This document shows, piece by piece, positions 58,982 through 64,000 of a DNA stretch of 64,000 nt. Numbering within the stretch: position 1 is the first letter of the stretch; every line of letters starts with the position of its first letter. This stretch comes from Lama glama (Eukaryota). Where the stretch lies: assembly GCA_028534125.1 (NCBI GenBank), contig CM052851.1:6572001-6636000 (forward strand), given 5' to 3'. Made by a program: the position numbers and the translations under genes. The notes below the pieces were generated by a model. It was not told where the DNA came from. It worked only from the letters and a program-made list of their open reading frames with translations, and made no database searches.

Positions 58982-61900
58982 AGAAGTTGAATTGTGCTGA
59001 AGCTGGCTCCTGGTGCTTAGATGTCTCTTCTGGGCCTGCGCCCCACGCTGCCTGCTCAGTGCTGGCAGAGCATTTCGGGCGGAGATACCACCAGGGACAG
59101 GTTGGCAAGCCTGCCTGGGTGAGGTGGCGGTCCCTGCCCAGCCGTGCTCAGTTCTGCAGCAGCTGCTGCCTCCTATTAATAGAGTGAGGCCTGGAAATGG
59201 GGCTGATGACCCCCTTTCCTTGTGCTAGGTGGGGGCTGAGCTGGGATAGTTTATTTTGGGGAAAGATGGGGTAAAGCAGTTGTGGTGGCCTCTGATGACA
59301 GGATTAGGCTCCCCCACTCTCAGGTCTAAGGGAGCAGGTGCCTGCCTATGACCATCTTCACAGCATCTCCTCCAACCTGGGCTCTGCCCCAGCCATAGAC
59401 AGACAGGTGGGTGCCCACAGGACTCTGGGCACTGGGAGGTATCAAGCAGATGGGGTGTACTGGGCTCCATGCTGGCCCCAGGGTTGTTTAGAGACAGGGA
59501 AGCCAGTACTTTGAAGGCAGACGAAGCAGATAACACCAGCGACAAAAATACAAAGGGTTGGCCAAGCCTATGTCACAGATAGGGGACTGCTTTTGCCCGC
59601 AGAGAGGAGGGTGACAACTTGGGAGCCAACGCGCCGTGCAAGGGTGTAGATTCAAGGTGCGATTGGGTGGAGACCACTCCAGGCACACTTGGGGCAAAAG
59701 GCAGAATGTGAACAGTTGCCTGCGGGTTTTGAGGACCAGGCACTGTGCTCCAGCCCAGGTGGTGGGCGTCTGGTCTGATGAGTGTCTGAGGCAGCAGGAG
59801 CTCCCCAGCCCTCCTTGCACCACTCGGAGCATTTGCTTGGTGCTAGGTTTACCCTGACTGTAGTGACCTGGGAGCTCAGCGTCTTCTCCACCTCACAGCT
59901 GAGGACCTGAGACTCAGGAGAGCTGGAAGATCAAGTGCAGCAGGACTAGATTCAAACCAAGGTCTGCCCAACTCCAGAATGTGCGCTTCACCGTTTCTAA
60001 TGGAAAATACCCTATAAAAGGAAAACCAGAGCTCACTGTGTCTCCTGAAGTCTGCAGCTCTAGACTCAGATTTGAGAAACGCACATGGAAGATTAAATGC
60101 TGTCACTGCAGTCTGGGGCCCTGGAAGCTGGGGGCAGCCCCTCAATTTCCAGGGTCACTGAAGAGGCAGAGCAGGCTCCTTCAAGCTGTCAGAGCACAAA
60201 GAAAACACAAGATGTAAGGGTCCTCTTGGGACATGAGTGTGAGAACCCCTGCCCGGCTTGCTCTGCCCCTGCACTGTGGGACACCTGGGCCCCCCTCCCT
60301 GGGCCCCTCATCCTTATGGTGGCTGACCCAGGAAGTGACTGCTCACCAGAGGCTTGAAGAGGGGCCACGGGCACACATCTGCCCCAGATCTCATACCCTG
60401 GTTTTGGCTTTACAGGTTGTGGGGGAGTCTTCTCCCCGCCATGATGAGGTGTGGCCAGTGGGCATGGACTAAGGTATCCCTGTGGGGGGCCAGACCCTGC
60501 CCCTTGCCTTCTCCCCAGGTCCCTAGTTGGCCAGGATCCTGGGTGAAAGGCCCCTCTTCCGAGGCTGGTCTGGGGCACGGGACCAGGTTCCACCAGAGCT
60601 TCTGGAGTTGGAGAACTTGGGGCAATCTGCCCACATGATACCTCAGATACCAGGGCCCACCCTCTGGGCCCTCACACAGTGGCTCTTTTATACATGGACC
60701 TTCCATGTGAAAGCAATAAACATTTCTTCTGCTCCTTAATAAACAAAAAAGTTAACCATGAATCCAGTTCAGTGCCCTCTTATCTCAAATGGGCTGGTCA
60801 GAGGACTTGCCCACAGACAAGGTCACCAGGCTGTGACAGGGTTAGGAATTCCACCAAGTCCTGCCCCTCAGCATTCAAAGTAGCTGGCTTGGAAAGCACA
60901 CAGAGGGTAGGCCTCAGGGCAGACAGGCAGGAGTTCGAATCCAACGCTGCCACTTGAGGGGACTCAGCCATCCTCTCCCCTCTCGATCTGTTTCCTCAGG
61001 ACTGAATGCAGACAGTGACCCCTGCTTCCTGGAGGCAGGGTCCCTGTGTGCCCAGCTTGAGCAGCCGCCTTTCCTGAGTACCTCAGGGAGGCTGATCAGG
61101 GTTGGGTGAGGGTCTTGCACAGAGCCCAGCACCCCACCCAACTCTCAGAACAAAGCAAGTGGGACCCACCCTTCCCTGGAGCAGAGTGCAGACTTCGTGG
61201 CGCCCAAGGGCCAGAGGGGTGGTGGCTGAGGGGGCTTGGGCTTGGCTTCCAGTGCGCCCAGAAGGACTGATAATTATAAAACCACATGGGGCTGCAGCCG
61301 TTGTGGCTGTGGAGCGTGGGAGCCCCTATGGCGTGTTGGAGCAGCAGGGAAGGTTTTTGGAAGAAAAGCCAGGATGATGAAATCACCATATGTCCACCCA
61401 TTTGGAGCGTGGACTTTTCAAAGGACACACCCCTGGTGTGCCGTGGGCAGAGGAGTGGGCTTATAGGGCTGCCAAAGACTAGCCTAGGGAGTAGGGACCC
61501 TCAGCCCCACCATCTGCATCAGCCCCTCCCCCAAGCCACTGCAGTTGATATATTTAAATAAAACCAGAGGCCTGAGCAGGATTGCAGTTCTACAATCCTC
61601 CACCCTCCAATCACATGCCCCTCCTAGGGGCCTGTTCTAGCCACAGCTGGAGGCCAGTCCACGTACCCTTTGTCCCCCACACCTGAGCTGGCCCAGTTCT
61701 CCGTTGTGCACAGAGACAGAGACCCAGAAAGAGAGGAAGTCGCTCACGAGAGGCCACACGCCTGGCCAACAGGAGGCAGGGCTGTCTGATCCCAAGGCCG
61801 GCCTCTCCTTGTCCTCTGACTCCCTGGGGCAGAGTAGGGCGCTGCACCTCTGCTGTGGCCAAGGGCAGGAGCCCTGTAGGACCATCTGCTGAGAGCAGTT

Positions 61901-64000
61901 TTGGGAGGCACAGCTGGGAGAGGCTCATCCTCAGCCATGGGCGGCTGAACCTCGACCTTGGGGAAAGGGGAACCACAGACCAGGGTCAGGACGCCTAAGA
62001 TTTGGGTGTGGGTGTGGATGTGAACGACCCCAAAGCCTGCCCTGTGTCTGGGCCCCTCCCAGACACAGACTCAGAGGGCTGTGCTCTAGGGGTCAAGAAA
62101 CCCGGGTTTCCTGCTACTCACCTGCACTGGGCTCTCACCTTCCACCTCTTTGGGGTCCCCCTTATCTGAACTGTCCTCTTTCTGCTAGGCCTGGGTCAGT
62201 TGTTAAGCTGACAGTTTCCTTTTCTCACCATCTAAGACCCTCCTCAGAAGCCCACATACATCAAGTCCACCATAGTCTGGCCTTTCCCTTTTCCTTGTCC
62301 CCAGGGGCTGGATGCCAGATGCTGCCTTTCTGCTGCCAGGCACTGGCCTAGGCCTGGAACCTGGCACAACCCACTACCCACCACCCCAGCCTCAAGGTAT
62401 CAATCTGTTAACGAGGGAGGGCAATAATAACTCCCTCCTTCTGGCAGGGCCCTGGTGAAGATAACAGATATGCACTCACTTTGAAATGCTAGGAAGCACC
62501 AGAGAAATGTGAGGCGGTGTAATCACCACGATCTGCTACCCCTCGGGGCTGGGTAAGAGCTAGTGCCAGCACCTCAATGCCAAAGGGGCTTAGGTGGGCT
62601 GGGAGGGTGGAGGGGGCAGTTGACCCTGTACCTGAGTGGGTCTCCAGAAAGCAGTGACTGGAGGAGTGTGAATGAGGAGGTTGGTGAGAAGAGAGGGGTG
62701 GTGGAGTTCTCCTGCTCAGACTCACTCATCTGCAGAGTACCCACCCGCTGGGCCAGGGTCCCTGCCACACACCGCTGGATCAGAGAATAGATCTCCTTGG
62801 GGCAAGGCAGGGCCAAGTGCTGGAACTTCTTCTGACAGCAGATCTGGGGGACTAGCTACTCACTGAGGCTGGAGCAGGAGTTCAGGTACAGACTGAGTCC
62901 CAAGGGGCATTCTGACCTTACAACTGCATAGAAAAGGAATGCAGGGAGCCCAACCTCCTTTTACAGACAAGGCAACCGAGGCTTGGAACAAGGTCGTGAC
63001 AAAGCCAAATACAGGACCAAATAGAATCAAGCGCCAGTCCCAGCTCTGCCCCATGAAGACTCCAGCAGGACTGTTTTTGCTGTAGAGGGCTGTTTCCCCT
63101 CTGCTGTACTATGTGGGACAGAGTCCGAAGGGCAGGGGATAGACTTGTTGAGAACTTGACATTCAGAGAGGCTAAGGATCACACAGGGAGTGACCTAGGT
63201 GAGACCCAGAGTCCTCACCAGTTGGCCCTTGACTACTGACCCTTGGGGACTGTGGTGGGGTTGGGGTGAGGGATCAGGGTGTCCAAGAAGGGCAGAAGAG
63301 GGATGGCCCATTTTCCTACCCAGGACCCTTTCCCTCCTGTTCCCCAGGAAAAAGGAACTTGCTCCCAGCTTGAGTACCTGGCCCTACTCTGGTCTCTGGC
63401 GCCCTCCTGTGGCCACAGAGGGTGGGAATCTTTCCCATGGGCCCCACCTCTGCCCCGCCCCCTTAAGGAGGGCCTAGAACGCTTCAGGTGAGAGCCAGGA
63501 GGGCTCAACACACCATCCCCACCCCCCTCCCGTCACAGAGGCAATGACAGCATCCCCAGATCTGGGTTTGAATCCTGGCCTCCCTTCCCTAACCTGACCG
63601 CCTTGGGTGAGACAGCCCATTGCACAGACCTCGGGCCTGTGAAGCCACAGGGCAGGTCTCTGAGGAGATCAAGTGTGAGACCCGTCGGGAAGTCCCCTGT
63701 GTGCTGCCAGGGATGCTTAGTTCAAGAATTTTGTCACGAAACTAACCCTGTCTGGTTTCAAGAAGGTCCCCATCTGAGGGAGGAGGCACATCTCCAAACA
63801 GAACTTTTAATGGAAGAATTTGTTGTCTAAAGCCACGAAAATGCCCCACCCTTTGATCCCTCCTCTTGGACAGCCCCACAGCTCCACGGCGTCTGGTCCA
63901 GCTGGAGACAGCTGGGCAATCAGAAATACCACTGGACAGAGTCAGTCCCTCCCCTTTCCCACCTCCTCCAGCCCAGCCTGGACATCTTTGGCCCTCACGT

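Noticed and set aside
61000-64000. Expected next syntenic gene (CDC42BPG)
   Set aside because: No CpG island or recognisable kinase exon in the window; it probably starts beyond the right edge.
1-64000. Prokaryotic-type systems, CRISPR arrays, tRNA/rRNA genes
   Set aside because: Sequence is clearly intron-containing mammalian DNA; no repeat-spacer arrays, cloverleafs or rRNA motifs seen.

Overview
Mammalian genomic DNA, GC-rich and gene-dense, from the syntenic block PPP2R5B - ATG2A - MIR194-2/MIR192 - EHD1 (human 11q13.1 order, read here in reverse). The style of the young L1 tail and the absence of Alu, B1/B2, Bov-tA, PRE1 or Can-SINE suggest a cetartiodactyl, probably a camelid (inference). 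Contents: (1) the 5' end of PPP2R5B on the minus strand, running off the left edge; (2) a complete 41-exon ATG2A on the plus strand (CDS 7504-27003, 1924 aa by my exon reconstruction, all introns GT-AG); (3) the miR-194-2/miR-192 cluster (~30.2-30.5 kb) with an HNF1-site promoter and an HNF4/GATA/CDX motif cluster; (4) a complete 5-exon EHD1 (CDS 39524-57454, 534 aa) with two N-runs inside coding exons; (5) old MIR/L2/L1/MER/MLT repeats. Most ORFs in the supplied track are spurious. Most notable observations: a ~410 bp TSD-flanked retroelement made only of an L1 5' end fused to an L1 3' end at what look like splice sites (candidate non-autonomous spliced-L1 family); an upstream alternative EHD1 first exon with apparent start-codon turnover giving a 17-aa N-terminal extension; a regenerated 5' splice site at the start of in-frame ATG2A exon 32; and apparent orthologues of two human ATG2A mirtrons.
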